DNA of 64,000 nt, taken from contig CAVQBA010000002.1 of NCBI GenBank assembly GCA_963710605.1, positions 160,001 to 224,000 on the forward strand, read 5' to 3'. Under the pieces are notes generated by a model. The model had not been told where the DNA came from. It saw nothing but the letters and a program-made list of their open reading frames with translations, and made no database searches. The translations under genes were made by a program, and so were the position numbers. This document shows, piece after piece, positions 21,628-32,466 of the stretch. The stretch is from an uncultured cyanobacterium. Lineage in GTDB: Bacteria; Cyanobacteriota; Cyanobacteriia; Cyanobacteriales; Cyanobacteriaceae. Positions within the stretch are counted from its first letter, which is position 1, and each line of letters opens with the position of its first letter.

Positions 21628-22407
21628 CTATTCATTAATAATCGGATTGCCAGTTTCTGGGCAAAGATGATAACTACCTTTTTTTAAACCATGTTTAACC
21701 GCAACTCTTTCATCAAAAACAAAACATTCACCTTCCCACAAACTTTCCTCTGTAGGCACTTGTTGTAAATACTTCAGTATTCCACCTTCTAGATGATAGA
21801 CATTTTTAAAACCTTTAGTTAACATCAAAGCCGTTACTTTTTCACAACGAATTCCCCCCGTACAAAAAACAGCTACTTTAGAATCTGTTTCAGGGTTAAG
21901 ATTTTCTTCTATATAATCATCAAATTGTCTAAACGAATTTATCTGCGGATTTTTTGCACCTTTAAATGTACCAATTTCTACCTCAAATTCATTGCGAGTA
22001 TCGATTAGTTTAACATCGGGTTGAGCAATTAAATCATTCCAATCTTCAGCCTTGATATAAGTGCCTACTTTTTGTTGATGAGGATAAGCATTTTCTTTGC
22101 CGAAGGTAATAATTTCTGGTTTAATTTTTACCTTCATTCTGGCAAAGGGTATTTTTTCGACTTCTGTGGATTTAATCTCTAACTCATCTATATATAATAG
22201 TGTTTTAATTTCGAGGATAATATCGTTTAACTGCTCTTTTTCACCAACTATATTCGCATTAATCCCTTCAGGTGCAATTAAAATAGTACCTTTAATTTTT
22301 CCTTCATCACACCAAAGTTGTAGTTGATTCTGTAAATTGGATAAATTATCTAAAGGTAAAAATTGATAAAAAGAAGCAAACACAAAATTCATTTTTACTA
22401 GCGACAA
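21628..22407 (-). CDS. trhO: Rhodanese-related tRNA uridine(34) hydroxylase (UPF0176/TrhO)
   Basis: GTILIAPEGIN, IDTRN.FE..IGTF.GA, CTGGIRCEK, GECFVFDERV. Confidence 0.88.
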   Translation of the reverse strand: MSLVKMNFVFASFYQFLPLDNLSNLQNQLQLWCDEGKIKGTILIAPEGINANIVGEKEQLNDIILEIKTLLYIDELEIKSTEVEKIPFARMKVKIKPEIITFGKENAYPHQQKVGTYIKAEDWNDLIAQPDVKLIDTRNEFEVEIGTFKGAKNPQINSFRQFDDYIEENLNPETDSKVAVFCTGGIRCEKVTALMLTKGFKNVYHLEGGILKYLQQVPTEESLWEGECFVFDERVAVKHGLKKGSYHLCPETGNPIINE

Positions 22408-22504
22408 TATATTTAGTTGAGATTAGATTTATTATCATAACTGGTGACGTAGTTTCGATACAATTAATTTAGTAATCAAAATTAATATTATATTCAATTT
22501 TTGT

Positions 22505-22960
22505 ATGGCAAGTTTAAAAGTAGGCGATCGTATTCCTGATATTACATTACCTTCAGCGACAGGAGAAAACATCAGACTTAGAGATTTTGAAGGAGAAAAA
22601 GCAGTGGTAGTTTATTTTTATCCTAAAGATGATACACCTGGATGTACGAAAGAATCCTGTGCTTTTCGTGATAATTACAGTATGTTTACTGAAGTAGGTG
22701 CAGAAGTCATTGGTATTAGTAGTGACTCTGAAAAATCTCACCAAGAATTTGCTAGTAAATATGACTTACCTTTTACCTTGCTAAGTGACACCAATCAAAA
22801 AGCGAGAAAAGCTTTTGGTGTACCTAACGCATTATTTGTTTTACCGGGTAGAGTCACTTATGTTATCGACAAACAAGGCATTGTCAAACATATTTATGAC
22901 TCTATGTTAGATTTTAACGCTCATGTTCAAGAGTCTTTACAGGTTATTCAAGCATTATAA
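22505..22960 (+). CDS. bcp: Peroxiredoxin Q / BCP
   Basis: YFYPKDDTPGCTKESCAFRD. Confidence 0.92.
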   Translation: MASLKVGDRIPDITLPSATGENIRLRDFEGEKAVVVYFYPKDDTPGCTKESCAFRDNYSMFTEVGAEVIGISSDSEKSHQEFASKYDLPFTLLSDTNQKARKAFGVPNALFVLPGRVTYVIDKQGIVKHIYDSMLDFNAHVQESLQVIQAL

Positions 22961-23244
22961 ATATATATAATATAGAGTAACTGATAATATCTTGGCACTT
23001 ATAAACTAGTTAAAGAGTCGCTGAGGTATTATCGATCGATATTTTAAAACAAACAGTTATCGACACTAACCATAATCCAAAATAATAAAGATAAAATAAT
23101 CATTGATGATTTCGAGATTAATCGCTTCAATCGAAAAGATTATCAATAATAAATTCATTATCTCAAACCTTAAGTTCAATATTTGTGCAATAAAGAATAA
23201 AGTACGATCGATAGTTATATAGTAGTACCCTTCAAACACCACAA

Positions 23245-23264
23245 ATTAGTAAACGTTTACTAAT
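23245..23264. promoter_or_regulatory. Perfect 20-bp palindrome upstream of the adhesin gene (candidate operator)
   Basis: ATTAGTAAAC|GTTTACTAAT. Confidence 0.45.
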
Positions 23265-23638
23265 ACTTTTTTATAAATCGATGTTGTCTGAATATTAATT
23301 TATATTAATAATCTCTTAACTTAAGATTAAAATTACGCTTCAAAAATAATCTCCATGTATTTATTTACGTAATTATACTGATAGTTTATTGAAACTTAAA
23401 CAAATAAAGTAGTGAATTTAACAAAAAAGTCGTATTTGGCAAAATAATTTAATCAAAACTTTATTGAAATTACGTGCAAAAAGTTATTTTTATACTTATA
23501 CTAACTAAGTATTGAAGGTAAATTTATCTAAGTAAATAGTCGTAAGAATTATTAATTAAGACTCAGACTTACTTAAGTAAAACTTTTATCAGCTCTAGCT
23601 AATTATTTTAAATCATATATATAAAGGAATTATTAATT

Positions 23639-26600
23639 GTGTCTAACTCACTTAACACAGCATTACCAGAAACTCTTACTTTTTCAGTTATTTACGACGG
23701 AGGAACAGAGCCAGATTCTAGTTATTTTGACGCTACAATTTATGATGTTGTTGGCGATAGCGTTTTTGACGGCTCAGTTTTTGATGCCTATTGTATCGAT
23801 GCAGACAGAGTTATTGGTTTAGGTAATTCTAGACGATTTGTTGGACAAGTATATTCTAGTTATGAAACTTTACCTGCAAACTTCACTCAAGGAACTTATT
23901 TAGAAAACCCTCAAAATTTAGATTTAGTTAATTGGATTATTAACCAAGGATTCATTGGTAAAACATCTTCAGATAATGGTAAAGTATTTAGTTCTAGTGA
24001 TGTACAAATAGCGATCTGGACATTACTTGATGATAATATTGGCACAGGAGGTCTCGGTCGTGAAGGTGGTGCATGGACTCAAGCTAGAGTTGATGAAATT
24101 GTACAATTAGCTCAAGCTAATGGCGAAGGTTTTGTACCTAGCTATGAATATACTACTTATTTTGGTGAGCAAGTAACAGGTAAATTAGGTATGATAATAC
24201 TTCCTAGAGTTGATAGTGAAGGTTTACCTACCAAACAAACAATTATACGTTCCTATTGAATTAGCACAATTAGGCGATCGAGTTTGGTTTGATACAGATG
24301 CTGACGGAATCCAAGATGCAGGAGAAGATGGAATATCAGGAGTAGAAGTTAGCCTTTTAGCTGATATTAATGGTGATGGTAACATTGACGCTTCAGAAGT
24401 AATAGAAACCACTACCACCGATGCTGACGGAAACTACGATTTTGAAGTAGTACCCGGAGAATATAGAGTTGCATTCGATCAGCCTGAAGGATTCGGTGTT
24501 AGCCCAGTCGATGCAGGTGGTGATGATACAGTTGATAGTGACGGATTAATCTCTGATGTTGTCACTCTCAGCCCCGGAGAATTCAATCCAACGATCGATT
24601 CAGGATTTTACGAGTTAGCATCATTAGGAGATTTTGTTTGGCACGACTTAAACGCTGATGGTATTCAAAACGATAACGAACCAGGAATTGCTAACGCAGA
24701 AGTTCAATTAATTAATCCTGCTACAGGGGATATAATCGCAACAACCACAACAGATGCAGATGGCTTGTACAACTTTGATAATCTAGAACCAGGTGATTAT
24801 AAGGTGAAGTTTATCACTCCTAATGGTTTTACCGAAAATAGTCCAGCAGATCAAGGTGGTGACGATGCGATCGATAGTGATGGCATGATGGTAACAACCA
24901 ACTTATCAGTAGGTGAAAATGACCTCACATTAGATTCAGGTTTTTATAACTTAGCATCCTTAGGAGACTATGTTTTTATTGATAACAATGGTGACGGAGT
25001 CCAAAATGCAGGAGACAGTGCGATCGGTGGAGTTACTGTAGAATTACTTCAAGATGGTTCAGTAATTGGTACGACTACCACTAACTCAGATGGTAGTTAC
25101 TTATTTGATGGTTTAACCCCTGGAGATTACCAAGTAAAATTTACTGCTCCCCAAAATTACAATTTCACAACAGCGAATGTAGGTGATGATAGTTTAGATA
25201 GTGATGCGGATGCTACTACAGGTTTGACTTCTGTTGTCACTTTAACTAGTGGTGAATTCAACTCAACATTAGATGCGGGCTTAGTTGAGAATGCACCCGC
25301 TCCTATTGAAGAAATTGACATTGAAAAATTTGTCAACGGTATTGATGTCACTAATATTAATAATCTTCCTAGTATAGTTGCAGGTGAAGACGTTACTTTC
25401 ACTTATACCGTTAAAAATACAGGTAATGTTGATTTTGCTTTTAATGAGGTGATTGTTGTTGATGATAACGGTACACCATTAGATACTAGTGATGATTTTA
25501 CTCCTACTTTGGTTGCTTCTTCTGATGATGGTGCTGATGGTATTCTTAGTGCAGATGAAACTTGGTTATATACTTCTACTACCCAAGCGGCTCAAGATTT
25601 AGCTACTACCGTTAGTCAAGATGTTTCATTTACTTTTAATGGTAATAGTTCTTCTGCTAACGTTTTTGGTAACGATCGTACCTTTACAAGTGATGGTGTT
25701 ACCGTTGATGTTTCAGCTTTTAGTTTTAATAGTAGTAAAGGTTGGCAAAATGCTTTTGTTGGTGATTACAGCGGCGGTTTAGGTGTTATCAATCGTAATA
25801 GCGATTCTGATCATCGTATTGATAATACTGGTAGTCTTGATTTTCTGGTTTTTGAATTTGATAATGATGTCGTAGTCGATAAAGCATTCCTCAAATATGT
25901 CGGAAGTGATAGTGATATCTCTTTCTGGATTGGCGATCGCAATGGTGATATCTCTCACCTTAACAATAATATTCTCAACGGCTTTACTGAAGGTCAAAAT
26001 TGGGGTGGAAGTAACGATCGTTGGGCAAACATTAACAATAATGAATTGAGCGGTAACACATTTATCATCTCTGCACATGAGCATGGTACTAATGATTCAT
26101 TCAAACTTAATAAACTCGATATCTCGAAAATAACTACTTCTGGTGATAGTAGTTATGTTAATACTGCTACTGTTGAAGCAGGTTCAGCAATTGATAGTGA
26201 TGCAAGTGGTTATATTAACGAAGTTGCTAATCCTGGTATTAATTTAGAAAAATTCACCAATGGTTTTGATGTTACCGACGCTAACAATCTTCCTACGATC
26301 GCCGTTGGTGCAGATGTAACCTTTACTTATACTGTCGAAAATACAGGTAACGTTAGTTTTGCATTATCTGATGTCGATCTAGTTGATGATAACGGCACAC
26401 CAGATAATGCTCACGATGATTTTGCTCCGACTTTAGATGCTTCATCTGATATTAACTCAGATGGTATTCTTAGCCCTGGTGAAACATGGACATATTCCTC
26501 AGCTACCGAAGCCGCTCAAGAATTAACTGTTACCACTAAAGAAGATGTCTGGTTTACATTTAATGGTCACAGCTCATCATCTTATACTTATGGTAACGAG

Positions 26601-27152
26601 CGTAGCTTTACAAGTGGTGAGGTAAGTGTTGATGTTACAGCTTTTAGTTCTAATAGTCATGGAAATGATTGGAAAACTGCTTATGTTGGTGATTATAGTG
26701 GTGGTTTAGGTGTTATTAATCGTCACGAAGATAGCTCTCTTCACCGTACAGATAACAGTGGTAGTGTTGATTATCTCTTATTCCAATTTGATAGTGAAGT
26801 TGCTGTAGATAAAGCATTACTCAAATATGTTGGAAGCGATAGCGATATTTCTTACTGGATTGGCGATCGTAATGGTGACATCACTAACTTAGATGATAGT
26901 ATTCTTGATGGCTTTAGTGAAGGTCAAAGCTGGGGTGGAAGTCACGATCGTTGGGCTAATATTAATAATAATGAATTAACTGGTGATACCTTAGTTATTT
27001 CGGCAATGAGAGGCGGTAGCAATGATTCATTCAAACTAAACAAACTTGGTGTTGATGCTTTCACTACTACTAGTACCGATTATGTCAATATAGCCACTGT
27101 TGATACTGGATTAGTTAGCGATACTGATTTTAGTGGTTATATTAATGCTTAA
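23639..27152 (+). CDS. Large surface/secreted protein: thioester-like N-domain + 3 SdrD B-like repeats + 2 long C-terminal repeats; frameshift near 24247
   Basis: ORFs 23639-24259 and 24210-27152 join by one frameshift; LGD.VW/F.D.N.DG.Q repeats at ~24261, 24615, 24951; I.(I/L)EKF.NG repeats at ~25314 and 26238. Confidence 0.8.
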
Positions 27153-27202
27153 AATAGTTAAAAGTTGAGAGTTAAAAATTAATTATTCATTGTATTTTGT
27201 GC

Positions 27203-28087
27203 TTAATTTTCTATTGATTCTGGGGGAGTAAATTGTCTTTGCTCTCCTTTGTCATTAAGTTCTACAATTGCTAAAAAGAGAGATACACTAATAATGATGA
27301 ATATACCTATAGTAAACAAATTGGTTGTTACTTTTTGAGAAATCTGTTTTCTACTTTTTCGCTTTACTCTACTTTTATTTCGAGAGTTAGAAACAATCTT
27401 TTTTTCTTCTAATTCAAATTTAACTTTTATTGGTCGATTGCATACTTTACTAAATGCTTGTTCAAAATCAACTTTTTTTTCATTCAAACTAGATAAAAGA
27501 TGATAATTTTTACATTCTAAAACTGCAATATCATCAATTATATGAACTAACTTTAAACCCTGACGAGAATATTGAATTGATACCAAAGACTCTAAATTAT
27601 CAATCACTTGTCGTAAAGTATCATTTAAACGATCGGCTTTCAAATCACCAAACATATCAAAATCGCTTTTCGCCCTTAATTCAAAACCCTGTTTTTCCAA
27701 CGCTATACCTCGATAAAAATAAGCATTCTCAAAATCATCATCCATTTTAATTGCCTGAGAAAAATGATTAACTGCTTCATGCCAATCTTCTTTTTCAGCG
27801 GCTTCTACACCTAACTCATAAAAATAAGTAGCATCTATACTATAAGTTGTGTATCCTTCATCTTGCTTTGATATAGGCTGATTGTCTGGGATACTTTTTA
27901 AAAGGGCATGATAGGCATTAGTAATATTAACAAATTTTTGTTGAGCTATTTTTTGCTCTTTTTGATTACCTGTATGATGATCAGGATGCCATTTTTTAGC
28001 TAATTGTCGATATGCTTTTTTAACTTCTTCTTTGGTGGGATTATCATTTAATTCCAGTACTTGATAATATTGCTCTAAGTTTTTCAT
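27203..28087 (-). CDS. DnaJ-domain protein with TPR and C-terminal TM helix
   Basis: J domain with HPD; TPR-like YELG..A...AV.HFSQAI..D..F.NAYFYRG; hydrophobic C-terminus. Confidence 0.85.
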   Translation of the reverse strand: MKNLEQYYQVLELNDNPTKEEVKKAYRQLAKKWHPDHHTGNQKEQKIAQQKFVNITNAYHALLKSIPDNQPISKQDEGYTTYSIDATYFYELGVEAAEKEDWHEAVNHFSQAIKMDDDFENAYFYRGIALEKQGFELRAKSDFDMFGDLKADRLNDTLRQVIDNLESLVSIQYSRQGLKLVHIIDDIAVLECKNYHLLSSLNEKKVDFEQAFSKVCNRPIKVKFELEEKKIVSNSRNKSRVKRKSRKQISQKVTTNLFTIGIFIIISVSLFLAIVELNDKGEQRQFTPPESIEN

Positions 28088-28342
28088 TGGGGGTAAAATA
28101 ATAGGAAATTAACAAATTTAATCTCGATGAAATATATAACTGATTAAATAGTCCAACAAATTGTAGATTTAATTTTAATTGATATTGGTTTATTTGATAG
28201 TTTAATATAACAGTTGAATCAATATAAATCATCAAACTAAACTAGATGATGAATAATTATTTACGATCGCTTCAGGAATTGACTATTATTGATATTATTA
28301 ATAAAGATTAATTTGTGCTAGGCACTATAGGAGTAAAATAAC

Positions 28343-28996
28343 TTGCAGATTGAAGATTTAATTGAAATTGGTACGATCGTAGCACCTCAAGGATTAAAAG
28401 GAGAAGTTAAGGTTAAAACTAGTTCAGATTTTCCTGAACGTTTTGAGCAAGCAGGAATTAGATGGTTACAAACTCAGTCTCATCAATCACCGATTGAAAT
28501 TGAATTAATTCGTGGAAAACAAATACCGGGTAAGAATGTTTTTGTGGTTAAATTATCGGGTATAGACGATCGTAATCAATCTGAAAGTTTAAGGGGTAGT
28601 AAGTTATTTATCTCTAAAAACGATCGACCTTATTTAGAAGAAGAAGAATATCATGTCGCTGATTTAATTGGGTTAGAAGTATATCATCAACAAACAGAAG
28701 AAAACATTGGCTTTATTTGTAATGTATTCACCGCAGGTAACGATATTTTAGAAGTAGAATTACATAAGCAACCTTTACCAGAAGAAAAGGAAATTGAAGT
28801 TGATGTAAGTAAAATAAATAGACTTTCTAAAAGACGTAAAATAATCAGAAAAAACAAACGTAAGAATAAACCCGTTACTGTTTTAATCCCTTTTGTTAAA
28901 GAAATAGTACCTATTGTTGATTTACAGAAAAAAATAATTAAAATAAATCCTCCTTCTGGTTTACTAAACTTAGATTTAGCTGAAGAATCAAGATGA
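28343..28996 (+). CDS. rimM: Ribosome maturation factor RimM
   Basis: IG.IVAPQGLKGEV, EYHVADLIGL, AGNDILEV, LIPFVKEIVP. Confidence 0.93.
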   Translation: MQIEDLIEIGTIVAPQGLKGEVKVKTSSDFPERFEQAGIRWLQTQSHQSPIEIELIRGKQIPGKNVFVVKLSGIDDRNQSESLRGSKLFISKNDRPYLEEEEYHVADLIGLEVYHQQTEENIGFICNVFTAGNDILEVELHKQPLPEEKEIEVDVSKINRLSKRRKIIRKNKRKNKPVTVLIPFVKEIVPIVDLQKKIIKINPPSGLLNLDLAEESR

Positions 28997-29360
28997 TTAG
29001 ATAATTAAAAATGAAGAGCTATATTTTAAAATCAATCAATCATAAAATTTTGCTTATTTTGTAGATGAATCGATTCAATTGTCGTTAATCTATTAAATGA
29101 ATTTAACTTTACACAAATTTTTTTCGATAATATTTGCTTTGCTTACTTTGATAATTAATTTTGTTCTTCTGCGAATAAGTGATTTAAGATTCGTTTATTT
29201 TCAGTTTGTAACCCTTTAATCTCAGACTGCCTATTTTTCATAATTGTAATACTTTGGTTAAACATTTTACTTAAAAAAGTCATTTGTTTGGTCAATCGAT
29301 CGATTTTTTGTATATTCTGGTGAATTTACTTTATATTGTTAAGAGTATTTTTAGCACAAG

Positions 29361-29494
29361 TAAGTAGCCCCAATTAATTAAACGTCAAAAAGCTTATGTT
29401 CGTAGCCGCCATCGCTTAAGCCCTTATCTTAATAGTTTTTTAGACCCCTAAAAGGGTAACTATAAACTTTTTTTTATTTAGGTTGAGCTACTTA
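29361..29494. mobile_element. MITE-like element with TAAGTAGC terminal inverted repeats
   Basis: TAAGTAGCCCCAA at the left end, TTGAGCTACTTA at the right end; non-coding 134 bp. Confidence 0.55.
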
Positions 29495-29595
29495 TCAAGT
29501 AATATTTTAATTTGTTTTAATCTTTCTTCTGAGATGGTTTGGTTATTGTTTTAAACGATCTTTTTTTCAAAGATATAGAAATAGTCTAAAATTAC

Positions 29596-30369
29596 TCAAA
29601 TCTCTATTTGTTCAATATTATCAAAAGAAGTTAAACCTATATTTTGAGGTGACGATTTTTCTTTTTGCTGATTAAAATGATGACGATAGTGACATTGCTC
29701 ACACTTATCATGATGAGGAAAATTAATCTTTTGTAGATAAAAATTAGTAATTAAATCTTCAAATTTATGCAAAATATCAGCTAAATCTTGTTTAATTTGT
29801 TGATGAAATAAATTACTATACTGTATCGAATATTTTTCAATTTTTTCGGCTGAGGAGATAAACCAGTAATCAAAGAATATTTGCTCAGGTAAATAATTAA
29901 ATTTTTCGGCTAATACATATAAATATAACTTCGTTTGCCAGTTACCAAGTATTTTATCTTTTTGTTCGGGTTGACGATAAGTTTTCCAATCAATAATAGT
30001 CGCTTGATTTGGTGATAAAACTAACAAATCATAAATAACAGTAAACATATAATTATTCCAAGTATAATTAACTTGATATTCTGCTTCTCTAAATTTAATT
30101 TCTGATGAAAACCAGATATTTTGAGTTTGATTAATTAATGCTGTTACTTGTTTAATTAGTTCGGGATTATTAGGGGCAAAATTATCAATTTCTAAACCTA
30201 AATTATACTGTTGCATTAGTAAGTGAAATGATTTACCCCACTGTGTTTTTTCTTGATATTCAAGATTATGAGGCTCAATTACTTTTTGGAAATAAACTTT
30301 TTCAAAATAAGGTGGACATATTTGCAGTAAATTTAAATCACTTTGAGATAAATGATAGTAATTAGTCAT
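29596..30369 (-). CDS. PD-(D/E)XK nuclease family protein
   Basis: LSQS.L...CP, G..FH, YDLL.....IIDWKT, Q.KLY, C-terminal CxxC. Confidence 0.85.
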   Translation of the reverse strand: MTNYYHLSQSDLNLLQICPPYFEKVYFQKVIEPHNLEYQEKTQWGKSFHLLMQQYNLGLEIDNFAPNNPELIKQVTALINQTQNIWFSSEIKFREAEYQVNYTWNNYMFTVIYDLLVLSPNQATIIDWKTYRQPEQKDKILGNWQTKLYLYVLAEKFNYLPEQIFFDYWFISSAEKIEKYSIQYSNLFHQQIKQDLADILHKFEDLITNFYLQKINFPHHDKCEQCHYRHHFNQQKEKSSPQNIGLTSFDNIEQIEI

Positions 30370-30495
30370 GACACGATTTTAGCTCAAATTTTTAAGCAAT
30401 ATTTTTAATTATCATCATCTCTAATTTTAAATTACCACCGATTCAGATTAGAATAATAATACTCAATCAATTGTTGAATAAGTAATCTTTAACCC

Positions 30496-31191
30496 ATGTC
30501 TGAAGTTGAAAAAATATTATTAGTAGATGACGAGCCCGGTATTCGTGAATCTGTGCAAGCATATCTTAGTTGTAATGAAAATTGGCAAGTAGAAGTAGCT
30601 GTTAATGTTGCTCAAGCATGGGAAAAGATACAAAAAGAAATACCTGATTTGATTGTGTCTGATATTATGATGCCTGAGGTTGATGGCTTAGAATTTTTGG
30701 CTCAACTTAGAGCGGATACTCGTTATCAAAGTTTGCCTGTTGTTTTATTGACTGCTAAAGGGATGACAACCGATCGAATTGAAGGATATACCGCAGGATG
30801 TGATGCTTATTTACCCAAACCATTCGACCCAGACGAGTTAGAAGCGATCGTTAAAAATCTTCTTGACAGACAAAAAACATTACAAGACAGTCAAGACGGT
30901 AATACTCAACTAGACGAATTACTAAAAGATGTTAAAGATATTAAAGACAAATTAGAAAATAATAACACATTCACTAAAAGTCAACCGACTGTAAAAATCG
31001 ATTTGACTCCAAGAGAGCAAAGTGTGTTAGATTTAGTCGCTAAAGGATTAATGAATAAAGAAATCGCTAAGACATTAAATACTAGTATCCGTAATGTGGA
31101 AAAATACGTCAGCCGTCTGTTTAATAAAACAGGTACTAATAGTCGTACTGAGTTAGTCAGATTTGCCCTAAAACAAGGTTTGACAGATTAA
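30496..31191 (+). CDS. NarL/LuxR-family response regulator (Ycf29-like)
   Basis: REC domain (LVDDE, DIMMP) + LTPREQSVLDLV..GLMNKEIA...RNVEKYVSRL. Confidence 0.9.
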   Translation: MSEVEKILLVDDEPGIRESVQAYLSCNENWQVEVAVNVAQAWEKIQKEIPDLIVSDIMMPEVDGLEFLAQLRADTRYQSLPVVLLTAKGMTTDRIEGYTAGCDAYLPKPFDPDELEAIVKNLLDRQKTLQDSQDGNTQLDELLKDVKDIKDKLENNNTFTKSQPTVKIDLTPREQSVLDLVAKGLMNKEIAKTLNTSIRNVEKYVSRLFNKTGTNSRTELVRFALKQGLTD

Positions 31192-31409
31192 AATCTTTAA
31201 ATACCTATAAATGATACTTAATCGTGATCAATGTTGGGTTTCGTTTTCTTTACCCAACTGACTAGCAATAACAAATTTTTCCTGAAATCCACACTTTGAG
31301 GTAATTATTTTCGGTTTCTTATTTTCGCTTCTGTATAAATTTTCCCCGTTAAACCTTAGGAAGACGAATTAACTCAACAATTTTGCTGTAATTTCAAGTT
31401 GAATTAGAC

Positions 31410-32114
31410 TTATTCATCTACGATTTTACCATCAGAAAACAAAATAATTCGATTAGTTTGATCTCCTACTTCTTGTTCGTGAGTGACCAAAATAATTGTC
31501 ATTTTTTCTTCTTGATTAAGTTGCCTAAAGATTGCCATTACCTCGAGAGTCGTTTGGGAATCTAACGCTCCTGTTGGTTCATCAGCTAATAAAATCAGGG
31601 GTTGGTTAACGATCGATCGTGCGATCGCAACCCGTTGTTGTTGTCCACCAGAAAGCTGATTCGGTTTATTACCCAAACGATTACCCAAGCCAACTTTAGT
31701 CAAGGCAACTTCTGCTTTTTCTTTTCTTTCTCGATCTGATACCCCCGCATAAACCATCGGTAACATCGTGTTTTCTAAAGCTGATAGTTGAGGTAAAAGA
31801 TGAAACTGTTGAAAAACAAAACCAATTTGCCGATTACGAATCGAAGCTAGTTGGTTTGCGGATAAACTAGCAACATTTTTACCATCTAAGTAATAACTAC
31901 CCACAGTAGGACGATCGAGACAACCAAGTATATTCATCATCGTTGATTTTCCTGAGCCAGAAGAACCCATAATGGCACAATACTCGCCCGTATCGATCGC
32001 TAAATTTACTCCCGAAAGAGCATTAACCTGAATATCTCCACTACCATAAGTTTTATAAATATTATCAAGTTTAATCAAAGATTGTAAAGCTACAACAGAA
32101 GCATTCATCATCAA
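31410..32114 (-). CDS. ABC transporter ATP-binding protein (LolD/MacB-like)
   Basis: [31 protein letters not shown]. Confidence 0.92.
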   Translation of the reverse strand: MMMNASVVALQSLIKLDNIYKTYGSGDIQVNALSGVNLAIDTGEYCAIMGSSGSGKSTMMNILGCLDRPTVGSYYLDGKNVASLSANQLASIRNRQIGFVFQQFHLLPQLSALENTMLPMVYAGVSDRERKEKAEVALTKVGLGNRLGNKPNQLSGGQQQRVAIARSIVNQPLILLADEPTGALDSQTTLEVMAIFRQLNQEEKMTIILVTHEQEVGDQTNRIILFSDGKIVDE

Positions 32115-32129
32115 AATAAAAATTAAGTA

Positions 32130-32405
32130 TTACGATTCGAGAGTGGTCCATAAACCATACTTACTTTCATAGTAATTCAAAATAGATTGTACTTTATCTT
32201 CTCGATCGTCATCAGGAAGATACTTCAACCATAAACCACCAACTTGACTTTGCAAATAATCAAACTCTTGAGTTGTTTGTTCTAACAAATCTACATCCAC
32301 CCCATCTACTTGCTGAAGATGAGCCTTAATTTCTCGGTAAACAGCTAAAGGCAAACCAGAACAAGTTAATTTTTTTTGCTTACCTTCGATTAAATTTTCA
32401 GACAA
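32130..32405 (-). CDS. Conserved cyanobacterial hypothetical protein
   Basis: GLPLAVYREI.AHLQQV.GV...F.Y.QSQVGGL pattern; co-oriented in the sigF cluster. Confidence 0.7.
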   Translation of the reverse strand: MSENLIEGKQKKLTCSGLPLAVYREIKAHLQQVDGVDVDLLEQTTQEFDYLQSQVGGLWLKYLPDDDREDKVQSILNYYESKYGLWTTLES

Positions 32406-32466
32406 AATGACTTAACCTCCTCTAAAACATCAATAAAAAGAATGATTTATACCATCAAAAAATGTT

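Noticed and set aside
28765-28875. Lys/Arg-rich insertion in RimM
   Set aside because: Variable insertions at this position are common in cyanobacterial RimM
29596-30369. PD-(D/E)XK nuclease as Cas4 or a defence gene
   Set aside because: Stand-alone gene among housekeeping genes with no CRISPR context
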